Assembly: GCA_947632545.1 (NCBI GenBank)
Contig: CANRPP010000003.1
Coordinates: 351-64,350 of the forward strand
DNA from: an uncultured Bacilli bacterium
GTDB lineage: Bacteria; Bacillota_I; Bacilli_A; RF39; UBA660
Direction: 5' to 3'
Length of the DNA: 64,000 bases
Positions within the stretch are counted from its first letter, which is position 1, and every line of letters starts with the position of its first letter. Below, piece by piece: positions 18,919 through 27,882 of the stretch. The notes beneath the pieces are model-generated. The model was not told the origin of the DNA. It was given only the letters and a program-made list of their open reading frames with translations, and did no database searches. The position numbers were made by a program, and so were the translations under genes.

Positions 18919-20791
18919 TATATTCCTTCCTTTTTAAATAAACCATAAGAATAGAAATATCTGCAGGATTTACTCCACTTATTCTTGAGGCTTGTCCTAT
19001 TGATGTTGGTCTTATTTCAGATAATTTTTGTTTTGCTTCACTTGCAATATTTGGAATATCATCATAATTAATATTATCTGGAATTTTTTTATTTTCTAGA
19101 TTTAGCATTTTTTCTGCTTCTTTATTAGCCTTTTTTATATATCCCTCATATCTTGTATTAATTTCTACTTGTTCTAAAACTTCATAACTATAATCTAAAT
19201 TTAGGAAATGTTTTATATTTTCTATACTTATTTCTGGTCTTTTTAATAAATCATATAAACTTATTCCATCTTTTAATTCACTACTACCTATTTCTTTTAA
19301 ATATTTATTTACCTCTTCTTTTGGTGTTATTCTTGTATTTTTTAATGTTTCATAGACTTTTTCTATATTTTTTTTCTTATTTTTAAACTCTTTATACTTT
19401 TCTTCACTTATTAAACCTACTTGATATCCATACTCTCTAAGTCTTATATCAGCATTATCATGTCTTAATAATAAGCGATATTCAGCACGTGATGTTAATA
19501 ATCTATATGGATCCTTTACTCCTTTTGTTACTAAATCATCTATTAAAACACCTATATATGATTCATTTCTTTTTAAAACTAGAGGTGCTTTTCCTTCTAA
19601 TTTTAAGGCTGCATTTATACCTGCTATTAAACCTTGACCTGCTGCTTCTTCATATCCACTTGTTCCATTTATTTGACCTGCTGTGAATAAACCTTCTACT
19701 AATTTTGTTTCTAGACTTTGCTTTAATTGTTTAGAATCTATTGCATCATATTCTATTGCATAAGCATATTTTAATATTTTAGCATTTTTAAGTCCTGGAA
19801 GAGAGTGGACCATTTTTTCTTGGACATATTCTGGCATACTAGTAGAAAATCCTTGAATATATATTGTATTACCGTATTCTTTATCATCTTCTATATTGCT
19901 TTCTGGTTCTAAAAATAATTGATGACGTTCTTTATCACTAAATCTTACTACTTTATCTTCAATAGATGGACAATATCTTGGACCTATACCTTCAACATAG
20001 CCTCCATACATACTTGATTCATTTAAATGTTCATTTATAATTTTATGAGTTTCTTTATTTGTATAAATTAAATGACAAGGAGTTTGATTTTTATAATCAT
20101 AAAATGCTTTATTATCAAAAGAAAAAGTTAATTTTTTTAAATCACCTGGTTCTAATTTAGTTTGATCATAGTCAATACTATCTTTATCTATTCTTGGAGG
20201 AGTTCCTGTTTTTAATCTTAAAATATTAAATCCTATTTTTTTTAAATCATCGGATAAAAATTTTGAATTTTTTTCTCCATGAGGTCCACCTGGTGTTTTA
20301 CTTGCTCCTACTAAAATCATTCCTTTTAAATAAGTTCCTGTTGTTAAAATTACAGTAGATGATTCTATTTTTTCATTATTTTCTAAAATAACACCTTTTA
20401 TTTTATTATTTTCTACTATTAAGTGTTCTACTAAAGATTCTTTTATATCTAAATTTTTTTCATTTTGTAGAGTTTTTAACATTTCTTTTGGATAAATATT
20501 TTTATCTTCTTGTGCACGTAAGGCTTGTACTGCTGGTCCTTTTTTAGTATTTAACATTTTTACTTGGATAGCTCCTTTATCAGCACATCTTCCCATTTCT
20601 CCACCTAAGGCATCTATTTCTCTTACAACTATTCCTTTGGCAGGTCCCCCAATTGAAGGATTACATGGCATATCTGCAATATTTTTAATATTTCCCGTAA
20701 TTAAAAGAGTCTTATGTCCCATACGAGCAGTAGCTAAAGATGCTTCACATCCAGCATGACCACCACCTACTACAATTACTTCATATTTCAT
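18911..20791 (-). CDS. mnmG: tRNA uridine 5-carboxymethylaminomethyl modification enzyme MnmG (GidA)
   Basis: 626 aa. FAD motif VVGGGHAGCEA and conserved GQINGTSGYEEAA. Confidence 0.96.
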   Translation of the reverse strand: MKYEVIVVGGGHAGCEASLATARMGHKTLLITGNIKNIADMPCNPSIGGPAKGIVVREIDALGGEMGRCADKGAIQVKMLNTKKGPAVQALRAQEDKNIYPKEMLKTLQNEKNLDIKESLVEHLIVENNKIKGVILENNEKIESSTVILTTGTYLKGMILVGASKTPGGPHGEKNSKFLSDDLKKIGFNILRLKTGTPPRIDKDSIDYDQTKLEPGDLKKLTFSFDNKAFYDYKNQTPCHLIYTNKETHKIINEHLNESSMYGGYVEGIGPRYCPSIEDKVVRFSDKERHQLFLEPESNIEDDKEYGNTIYIQGFSTSMPEYVQEKMVHSLPGLKNAKILKYAYAIEYDAIDSKQLKQSLETKLVEGLFTAGQINGTSGYEEAAGQGLIAGINAALKLEGKAPLVLKRNESYIGVLIDDLVTKGVKDPYRLLTSRAEYRLLLRHDNADIRLREYGYQVGLISEEKYKEFKNKKKNIEKVYETLKNTRITPKEEVNKYLKEIGSSELKDGISLYDLLKRPEISIENIKHFLNLDYSYEVLEQVEINTRYEGYIKKANKEAEKMLNLENKKIPDNINYDDIPNIASEAKQKLSEIRPTSIGQASRISGVNPADISILMVYLKRKEYNE

Positions 20792-20809
20792 TTAGACCAC
20801 TCCTCTTTT

Positions 20810-22165
20810 TTACTTTCCAACACAAAATTTTTCAAATAAATTATCTATTATTTCATCACTATAAGTTTTACCTATTATTTCTCCTAATAAATCAAAACAA
20901 GATTTTAAATCTATTTCTATCATATCTATTGGAAGATTTTCTTTTAGACCATTTTCTACTTCTTCTAATTTTTCTAGAGCTTTTTTTGCTAAACCTATTT
21001 GTCTTGCATTACTTAAATAATTATAATCTTTTGCTTCTATTTGTTCTAAATTAAACAATTCTATTATTTTATCTTTTAATTTATCAATTCCATTTTCTTT
21101 AGTAGTTGTTGTTTCTACTATATTAAATTCTTTTAAATATTCTTTTTCTATTTTTTGTTCTAAATCATTTTTATTTATAACAACTATAGTATTTTTTTTA
21201 TTTACTTTTCTTAATATATTTTTATCATCATCAGTTAACTGTTCTGCTCCATTTAATACTACTATTATTAAATCTGCTTTATCAATTAAAGATAAACTTT
21301 TTTCTACTCCTATTTTTTCTATTTTATCTTTAGTATCTCTTATTCCTGCAGTATCTATTATATTTAGTTTAATATTATTTAAGATTATTTCTCCTTCTAC
21401 TATATCCCTTGTTGTTCCTTCTATATCTGTTACTATTGCTTTTTCTTCACCTAATAATTTATTTAGAATACTACTTTTACCTACATTTGGTCTTCCTATT
21501 ATTAAAGTATCTATTCCATTTTTTATTAATTTTATATTTTTTGATTCCTCAATTATTTTATTTAATTCTTCTTTCATAATTGATATTTCTTCTTTAATTT
21601 TATCAATTGTTACTACTTCAATATCATAATACTCTGGATAATCTATATTAACTTCTATTCTTGAAAGTAAATCTTTTATTTTATTTCTAAAATTCTCAAT
21701 CATATTAAAAGTTTTTCCTTGTAGAGAATTTATAGCAATTTCTCTTGCACTTTCTGTTTTACTTTCTATTAAATCCATAACTGCTTCTGATTTAGTTAAA
21801 TCTATTCTACCATTTAAGAATGCCCTTTTAGTAAACTCACCTGGTGTTGCAAGTCTTGCCCCATTTGATATTAATAATTCTAATATTTTATTTGTAGTAC
21901 TTATTCCTCCATGACAATTTATTTCTACTATATCTTCTTTTGTATAAGTTTTTGGAGACTTCATAACTGATATTAATACTTCATCTATTATTTTATTATT
22001 ATTAATTATATATCCATAATTAATAGTATGTGAGTCTACATCTTCTAAATTTTTTCCTTTAAATAACTTATTTGCAATTTCAATAGAGTTTTTACCACTC
22101 ATTCTTATAATTGAAATTGCTCCTACTCCCATAGAGGTTGATATTGCAACTATTGTATCTTCCAT
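20810..22165 (-). CDS. mnmE: tRNA modification GTPase MnmE (TrmE)
   Basis: 451 aa. DTIVAISTS..GAI, the G1 motif GRPNVGKSS, DTAGIR, and the C-terminal FCVGK. Confidence 0.96.
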   Translation of the reverse strand: MEDTIVAISTSMGVGAISIIRMSGKNSIEIANKLFKGKNLEDVDSHTINYGYIINNNKIIDEVLISVMKSPKTYTKEDIVEINCHGGISTTNKILELLISNGARLATPGEFTKRAFLNGRIDLTKSEAVMDLIESKTESAREIAINSLQGKTFNMIENFRNKIKDLLSRIEVNIDYPEYYDIEVVTIDKIKEEISIMKEELNKIIEESKNIKLIKNGIDTLIIGRPNVGKSSILNKLLGEEKAIVTDIEGTTRDIVEGEIILNNIKLNIIDTAGIRDTKDKIEKIGVEKSLSLIDKADLIIVVLNGAEQLTDDDKNILRKVNKKNTIVVINKNDLEQKIEKEYLKEFNIVETTTTKENGIDKLKDKIIELFNLEQIEAKDYNYLSNARQIGLAKKALEKLEEVENGLKENLPIDMIEIDLKSCFDLLGEIIGKTYSDEIIDNLFEKFCVGK

Positions 22166-22210
22166 AATATACCTCCTTTTTTATTTTTATATAATTTTAA
22201 AAAAAGAAGA

Positions 22211-22822
22211 TTAATCTTCTTTTGGTTTTATTACTACTGCTCTATTTGGTTCTTCTCCTACACTTTCTGTATATACATATTTATTATTAGTTAAAGCATT
22301 ATGAATAATTCTTCTTTCATATGAATTCATTGAATCTAATTTTGCTTCAACTTTTGTTTCTTTCACTTCTCTTGCTACTTTTTTAGCTAATCTTTCTAAA
22401 TTTTTTTCTTGTTTTTCTTTATAATTATTTACATCTATTAAAAATTTAAATGATTTTCCTATTTCTTTTTGAATTGCTTGAGAAACTACTTTTGATAGAG
22501 CTTGTAAGTTTTTACCATTTTTTCCTATTAATAAAGAATCATTATCTGAATAAATTATATAAGTGGGAACTTCATTATTTTTTCTTATCTCAATATTAAT
22601 ATTAAAACCCATATCTTTTAATAAACTATAGCAATAATCTTTTATATATTTTACAACTTCTCTTTTTTCTATTACTTCTATTTCTATTTTTTTTGTTTTA
22701 AATAACCCTTGTTTTATTTCTTTTTCATTTATTATTAAATTGGCTTCTGTCTCTTGTAAATCAATTGTTGCATTTTTTATTGCTTCTTCTTTAGTTTTTC
22801 CTATATAACTATGCTTTTCCAT
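22211..22822 (-). CDS. jag: RNA-binding protein Jag/KhpB (Jag_N, KH, R3H)
   Basis: 203 aa. C-terminal R3H block SMNSYERRIIH and a KH-like GKNGKNLQAL. It is adjacent to yidC. Confidence 0.85.
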   Translation of the reverse strand: MEKHSYIGKTKEEAIKNATIDLQETEANLIINEKEIKQGLFKTKKIEIEVIEKREVVKYIKDYCYSLLKDMGFNINIEIRKNNEVPTYIIYSDNDSLLIGKNGKNLQALSKVVSQAIQKEIGKSFKFLIDVNNYKEKQEKNLERLAKKVAREVKETKVEAKLDSMNSYERRIIHNALTNNKYVYTESVGEEPNRAVVIKPKED

Positions 22823-23741
22823 ACTTTTTTTTACTCCTTTTTACTGATAAATTTTGAAATACTGTAAATAAATTAGTTGTTACCCAGTATATTCCAAGTG
22901 CTGAAGGCATAAATAATCCCATTATTATTATCATAACACTCATCATTATTGGCATCATTTTCATACTTGGATCTAATGAATTTCCTGACATATTTAATTT
23001 AAATGATAAAAGTGTTGATAAGGCAATTAATATCATTAATATGATATAAGCTATTATAGTTGAAGTACCAAATCCTATAACTGGAGTTGTTCCAAGTTGT
23101 AATCCTAAAAATTTATCTTCAAAAATTGCAGGAGTTCTTTGTACAGCTTCAAAAAATGCGATAAATAAAGGTAACTGAATCATTGAAAATAAACATCCTG
23201 ACATTGGATTTATATTATATTTTTTATATACTCTCATCATTTCCTGGCTTTGTTTAGTAAGTGATTCTTGATCTTGCTTATCTTTATATTTATTTTGAAT
23301 TCTTGTTAATTCTGGTTGAGCTTGTTTTATCAATTCTGATTGCATTGCTGTTTTTTTGGTAAATGGAAATGCTATCAATCTTATAATTAAACTAATTATT
23401 ATTAATGATACTGCATAATTTCCTATTTTATTTCCTAATAATATAAGGATAAAAGATAATGGTTTTACAAATATTCCTGTCCATAATCCTTCATATTTTC
23501 CACTTGTTATTTTAAAATTTTCACAATCAGGTAATGTTTTAATATCAACCCCATTTTTCTCATATATTTTTATAGTTTCTTTACTTTTTGGTTTGCATAT
23601 TATATTTTGTGTTAAATTTTGACCTGTTACTTCATTTTTCACTGGATTATTTTTCTTATCTGTTAAAGTTTTTGTACAACCTGTTGTTAAAAATAAAGTT
23701 AATACAAGTATTAAAATTAACTTTTTATTTATTTTTTTCAT
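22809..23741 (-). CDS. yidC: membrane protein insertase YidC/SpoIIIJ (lipoprotein type)
   Basis: 310 aa. The lipobox LTTGC and conserved P..L.IQ.PIFIA-like and G..WV..NL blocks. It follows rnpA. Confidence 0.9.
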   Translation of the reverse strand: MKKINKKLILILVLTLFLTTGCTKTLTDKKNNPVKNEVTGQNLTQNIICKPKSKETIKIYEKNGVDIKTLPDCENFKITSGKYEGLWTGIFVKPLSFILILLGNKIGNYAVSLIIISLIIRLIAFPFTKKTAMQSELIKQAQPELTRIQNKYKDKQDQESLTKQSQEMMRVYKKYNINPMSGCLFSMIQLPLFIAFFEAVQRTPAIFEDKFLGLQLGTTPVIGFGTSTIIAYIILMILIALSTLLSFKLNMSGNSLDPSMKMMPIMMSVMIIIMGLFMPSALGIYWVTTNLFTVFQNLSVKRSKKKYGKA

Positions 23742-24074
23742 TTATATCTCCTTTATTTTAAATATTAAATTATCAAAATCTTGGTTTAATTCTTTATATG
23801 TTTTATTTGAACCATATTTTTTTAATATGATTATAAAATCTTGATTCATTTGTTTTATTTTTAGATTATTATCTACTATAGCTCTTATTTTTCTTTTATA
23901 TTTATTTCTAAATACAGCATTACCTAATTTTTTTCCTACTGAAATTCCATATCTACTGTGATTCATATAATTTTTATTATAATATATTGAAAAATATTTA
24001 CTATTTATTTTTTTACCAGAATTAATAATCTTATTAAAATCTTGGTGACTTTTTACTATATTTTTTTTATTCAT
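23742..24074 (-). CDS. rnpA: ribonuclease P protein component
   Basis: 110 aa, basic, with G.SV.KK.G.AV.RN..KR..R. It lies downstream of rpmH. Confidence 0.9.
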   Translation of the reverse strand: MNKKNIVKSHQDFNKIINSGKKINSKYFSIYYNKNYMNHSRYGISVGKKLGNAVFRNKYKRKIRAIVDNNLKIKQMNQDFIIILKKYGSNKTYKELNQDFDNLIFKIKEI

Positions 24075-24125
24075 ATATTACCTCTATTTAAAAATCTAAA
24101 AAAACCACAGTATAAAACTTGTGGA

Positions 24126-24248
24126 TTAATTACATAGTTTTTTACGTCCTTTACGACGACGATTATTTAAAATATTAGTTAGTTTACGAGCAAAGAAACC
24201 ATGCTTTTTAGCTTTTTTACGATTATTTGGTTGATAAGTTCTTTTCAT
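24126..24248 (-). CDS. rpmH: 50S ribosomal protein L34
   Basis: Not in the ORF track (40 aa). The minus strand reads [40 protein letters not shown], with SD GGAGGTGG upstream. A CCACA/TGTGG hairpin plus T-run lies just downstream. Confidence 0.85.
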   Translation of the reverse strand: MKRTYQPNNRKKAKKHGFFARKLTNILNNRRRKGRKKLCN

Positions 24249-24349
24249 TATTCCACCTCCAGACATAAATCTACATTATTATAATAATAAAATATGGTTT
24301 TTGTCAATTAAATATGGATAATTTTTTATATCAACATTATTAACAACTA

Positions 24350-24468
24350 TGTGGAAAAGAAAAATAACAGTTGTTAAAGAAAATTTGTGGAAAATGTGGA
24401 AAACTTATTTTTTTAGTTTTATTTTAACAAATAATATGTGGAAAATTTTGTTAATTATTTGTGGATAT
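24350..24468. other. oriC upstream DnaA-box cluster (rpmH-dnaA spacer)
   Basis: Five co-oriented boxes. TGTGGAAAA occurs at 24350-58, 24386-94, 24395-03 and 24437-45; TGTGGATAT occurs at 24460-68. Each has 1-2 mismatches to TGTGGATAA. Confidence 0.75.
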
Positions 24469-24552
24469 CATAAATTGTTTTTTTTTAGTTTATTTTTTCG
24501 ACAATTTAATGTAGAATAGAATTAATTACTTATCTTGTGGGGAGATGGTTGT

Positions 24553-25947
24553 ATGAATGTTGATATAATGTGGAACAATTTCCTAAAGCAAATTAAACCT
24601 GATTTATCATCTCTTGCTTTTGATACATGGTTTAGTGATACTAAATTATATGAATTAAAAGATGGTAAAGCTTTTATAATTGTTCCCATGCAAATTCATA
24701 AAAAACATTTAGCAGATAAATATTCTTCTTTAATAATTGAAAAATTAAATAATATTACTGGTACAAATTTTGAATTAGAATTTTTATTAGAAAATGAATT
24801 AGTTAAAGAAAAAAAGTCTGAAAATAAGGAAAATTCTAATATTATACAAGAAAATAGTAGTGGAGTACCTCCTAATTTATTTAATTCTAATTTAAAGAGT
24901 AAATATAGTTTTGAAAATTTTATTGTAGGTAATTCAAATAAATTTGCCCATGCTGCTGCTTTATCAGTAGCGGAAAATCCTGGTAAGATGTATAATCCTT
25001 TATTTATTTACGGAAATAGTGGTCTTGGAAAAACTCATTTAATGCACGCGATTGGAAACTATATAATAGAAAATAGTAATAGAAGAGTTTTATATGTTAC
25101 TAGTGATCAATTTATACAAGATTTTATTGGTATTAATAAGAAAGATGAAAAAGGAACAAACTTTAATTATATAGATTTCTTTAAAAATAAATATAGAAAT
25201 GTCGATGTTTTAATAATTGATGATATTCAGTTTTTAGGTGGCGCTACTCAAACACAACGTGAATTTTTTAATACTTTTACATCTTTATATGATGATAGTA
25301 AACAAATTATTATTTCTTCCGATAGATCACCAAATGACTTAAAATTATTAGAAGATCGTTTAAGAACAAGATTTTGTTGGGGACTAACGGTAAATATATA
25401 TCCACCTGATTTTTCCCTTAGAACTGAAATATTAAAGAAAAAAATTGCGGCTGGAAATTTTGAAAAAGAAATTCCTGAAGATGTAATTGAATATATAGCA
25501 TCTAATATTGGTACTGATGTTAGACAACTTGAAGGCTCCATAACTAGACTTGTTGCTTATTCTACAATAATGGGTGGAGTAGATATTAATCTAGATTTAG
25601 CAATTGAAGCTTTAAAAGATTTTATTAGTAAAGGAATATCTGAAAAAAATGATATTCATAGAATTCAAAAAATAGTTTCTGAATATTTTCAAATTACAGT
25701 TGAAGATATTAGAAGTAAAAAAAGAAGCTCTAACATTTCTTTTCCTAGACAAATAGCTATGTATTTATGTAGAAATATGACTAGTGAATCTTTTCCTAAA
25801 ATAGGAACAGAATTTGGTGGAAAAGATCATTCTACAGTAATGCATTCTGTTGAAAAAATAGAGCAAGAAATAAAAGTAAATAAAGATTTAGAAAAAATTA
25901 TTGAAAAATTAAAACAAGATATTGGAGAAGGAATTGTTAATAAATAA
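24553..25947 (+). CDS. dnaA: chromosomal replication initiator DnaA
   Basis: Start taken at MNVDIMWNNF (ATG at 24553, SD GGAGATGG) rather than the ORF-track TTG at 24535. Walker A GNSGLGKTHL, IDDIQF and the C-terminal DNA-binding block GGKDHSTVMHS. Confidence 0.96.
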   Translation: MNVDIMWNNFLKQIKPDLSSLAFDTWFSDTKLYELKDGKAFIIVPMQIHKKHLADKYSSLIIEKLNNITGTNFELEFLLENELVKEKKSENKENSNIIQENSSGVPPNLFNSNLKSKYSFENFIVGNSNKFAHAAALSVAENPGKMYNPLFIYGNSGLGKTHLMHAIGNYIIENSNRRVLYVTSDQFIQDFIGINKKDEKGTNFNYIDFFKNKYRNVDVLIIDDIQFLGGATQTQREFFNTFTSLYDDSKQIIISSDRSPNDLKLLEDRLRTRFCWGLTVNIYPPDFSLRTEILKKKIAAGNFEKEIPEDVIEYIASNIGTDVRQLEGSITRLVAYSTIMGGVDINLDLAIEALKDFISKGISEKNDIHRIQKIVSEYFQITVEDIRSKKRSSNISFPRQIAMYLCRNMTSESFPKIGTEFGGKDHSTVMHSVEKIEQEIKVNKDLEKIIEKLKQDIGEGIVNK

Positions 25948-25961
25948 AATAAATTACATAT

Positions 25962-26075
25962 TTTTCCACATACAAAAAATAAATTTTATGCTATTATAAT
26001 TAAAATTATTTTAATTATTAACATTTTCCACAGTAATAATATAAATAATATATTTAATAAAAAAGAAAGAAGGAA
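25962..26075. other. oriC downstream part (dnaA-dnaN spacer): DnaA boxes and AT-rich unwinding candidate
   Basis: TTTTCCACA occurs at 25962-70 and 26024-32, in the opposite orientation to the upstream cluster. The second box is followed by GTAATAATATAAATAATAT (TAA/TAT triplets resembling DnaA-trios) and pure A/T sequence. Confidence 0.55.
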
Positions 26076-26080
26076 ATAAA

Positions 26081-27211
26081 ATGAAATTAACAATTAAAAA
26101 AGATATTTTATTAGATGGATTAAATAAGGTTTCTAAAGCCATCTCTACTAAAAATTTAATACCTGTATTATCAGGAATAAAATTTGATCTTAAGAAAAAT
26201 AAACTTATATTAACAGCAAGTGATAATGATATTACTATACAAACAGTTATAATTTCAGAAAAAGATGATGATTTCAAAGTAGAAAAAGAAGGAAGTATTA
26301 TAATTTCTGGTAGATATGTTCTTGATATAGTTAGAAAATTACCAGATGAATATATAAATATAGAAGTAATTGATGAATTAAAAGTACTTATTTATACAGA
26401 AAATAGTGAATTTAATTTAAATGGAATTGATGAAGATGAATATCCAAATATTTCTTTAGATGAATCTAAAAAGAAAATAAGTATAAATAGTAAGGTATTT
26501 AAAGATATAGTTAATCAAACTGCTTTTGCAGCATCTAATGAGGAAACAAAACCTGTTTTAACAGGAATTAATTTTAATATAGTAGGGGATGTATTAGAAT
26601 GTAATTCAACAGATTCTTATCGTTTAGCAAGAAAAATAGTAAATTTAGAAAATAAGGAAAATGAAAATTATAATATAGTAATTCCTAGTCATAATATTTT
26701 AGAATTTGTTAAAATTATAGATGATGATGAAAAAGCTAAAGTAGAATTACATTTATCTAATAATAAAATATTGTTTATATATAAAAATATTAAATTTCAA
26801 TCTAGATTAATAAATGGAACATATCCAAATACATCAAATTTAATGCCAAAGGAAGATTTTCTTGTTATATCAACAAATTTAAATGATATATATAATGTAA
26901 TAGATAGAGCTAGTATACTTACTAGTGATAAAGAAAAAAATATTGTTACTTTAGAAACAGATGGAAATTTATTAACTTTAAAATCATCATCTCAAGAAAT
27001 AGGTAGAGTAGAAGAAAAAATGACTATTAAAAAGAATAATGATGAAAATATAAAAATTTCATTTAGTGCAAAATATATGATGGAAGCATTAAAATCATTT
27101 AATACTGAAAATGTAGAACTTCATTTTGTTGGAGAAATAAAACCTATTTTAGTTAAATCAAGTGAAGATGAAACTTTAACACAATTAGTTTTACCAATTA
27201 GAACATATTAA
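26081..27211 (+). CDS. dnaN: DNA polymerase III beta subunit (sliding clamp)
   Basis: 376 aa. MKLTIKKD.LL..L..V..AIS.K..IP.L.GI and the C-terminal LVLPIRT. It lies immediately after dnaA. Confidence 0.95.
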   Translation: MKLTIKKDILLDGLNKVSKAISTKNLIPVLSGIKFDLKKNKLILTASDNDITIQTVIISEKDDDFKVEKEGSIIISGRYVLDIVRKLPDEYINIEVIDELKVLIYTENSEFNLNGIDEDEYPNISLDESKKKISINSKVFKDIVNQTAFAASNEETKPVLTGINFNIVGDVLECNSTDSYRLARKIVNLENKENENYNIVIPSHNILEFVKIIDDDEKAKVELHLSNNKILFIYKNIKFQSRLINGTYPNTSNLMPKEDFLVISTNLNDIYNVIDRASILTSDKEKNIVTLETDGNLLTLKSSSQEIGRVEEKMTIKKNNDENIKISFSAKYMMEALKSFNTENVELHFVGEIKPILVKSSEDETLTQLVLPIRTY

Positions 27212-27321
27212 CATTATGTTCTTTTTTTTTATTTTTTTCTACAAAATTCATCAAAAAACGACATATGAATGTGATATTATACCACGTGAAAACGAGAAAG
27301 TTTTCATAAGGGGGAAATTTT

Positions 27322-27756
27322 ATGAATTATGAAATTAATGAAGGTACATTAGCAATTTTACCTTCAAAAAAACAAAGTAAGGTATTAGAAGATAAAGAAG
27401 AATATATCATTAATAGTACACCATTTGAAATAATGGATCATAGTTGTAAATATTTTGGTTCTTCCTATGAAGGAAGAAAGGAAGGTACAAAAGCAGTTTT
27501 AGATATTAATTATAAAGTACCTATTATTGTAGAAAATAGTAGAAATATTATATTCTTTCCTACAAATTCTCCTTCTGCAGAAGATTGTAGTTGGATTTCA
27601 TTAAAAAATATAAAAAAAATAGAAGAAGCAGAATATAATTCAACAACAATATTATTTAATAATGATATATCTATTTTAATACCTGTATCTAAAAGAACAA
27701 TAGAAAATCAAATTTTACGAGCATCTAGACTAGATTTAATTATGAGAGATAGATAA
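27322..27756 (+). CDS. ComK family protein (short, 144 aa)
   Basis: YEINEGTLAILP, PFEIMDHSCKYFGSSYEGRKEGT, VPIIVENSRNIIFFPTNSP..DCSWIS and ENQILRAS align block by block with B. subtilis ComK as recalled. SD AAGGGGG. Confidence 0.85.
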   Translation: MNYEINEGTLAILPSKKQSKVLEDKEEYIINSTPFEIMDHSCKYFGSSYEGRKEGTKAVLDINYKVPIIVENSRNIIFFPTNSPSAEDCSWISLKNIKKIEEAEYNSTTILFNNDISILIPVSKRTIENQILRASRLDLIMRDR

Positions 27757-27761
27757 TAAAG

Positions 27762-27785
27762 AAAAAGTCATTAGTGACTTTTTTT
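27762..27785 (+). terminator. intrinsic terminator after the comK-family gene
   Basis: 9-bp stem AAAAAGTCA/TGACTTTTT with the 4-nt loop TTAG, running into a T-run. Confidence 0.6.
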
Positions 27786-27882
27786 AGTGCATAAACACTT
27801 AATTTATGATATAATATTATTGTATGTATAGGAATACTGATATAGGGTGTAGGTGATTATATGAAGAAATATAGTATCAAAA

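Noticed and set aside
24535-24552. N-terminal extensions implied by ORF-track starts: dnaA at 24535, tatD at 47550, dusB at 59463, lipoprotein at 11048, rplI at 8308, pth at 40132, mscL at 59012, paralogue 2 at 49065 and the hypothetical at 44062.
   Set aside because: In each case a downstream ATG has a properly spaced SD and restores the conserved family N-terminus. The upstream TTG/GTG sits within or directly against the SD, or overlaps a terminator or the neighbouring gene.
27212-27321. I looked for ComK-box (AAAA-N5-TTTT dimers) autoregulatory sites upstream of the comK-family gene.
   Set aside because: Only T-runs and A-runs in the wrong arrangement are present (TTTTCTACAAAA, AAAATTCATCAAAAAA). 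In DNA this AT-rich such strings are expected by chance, so no K-box is claimed.
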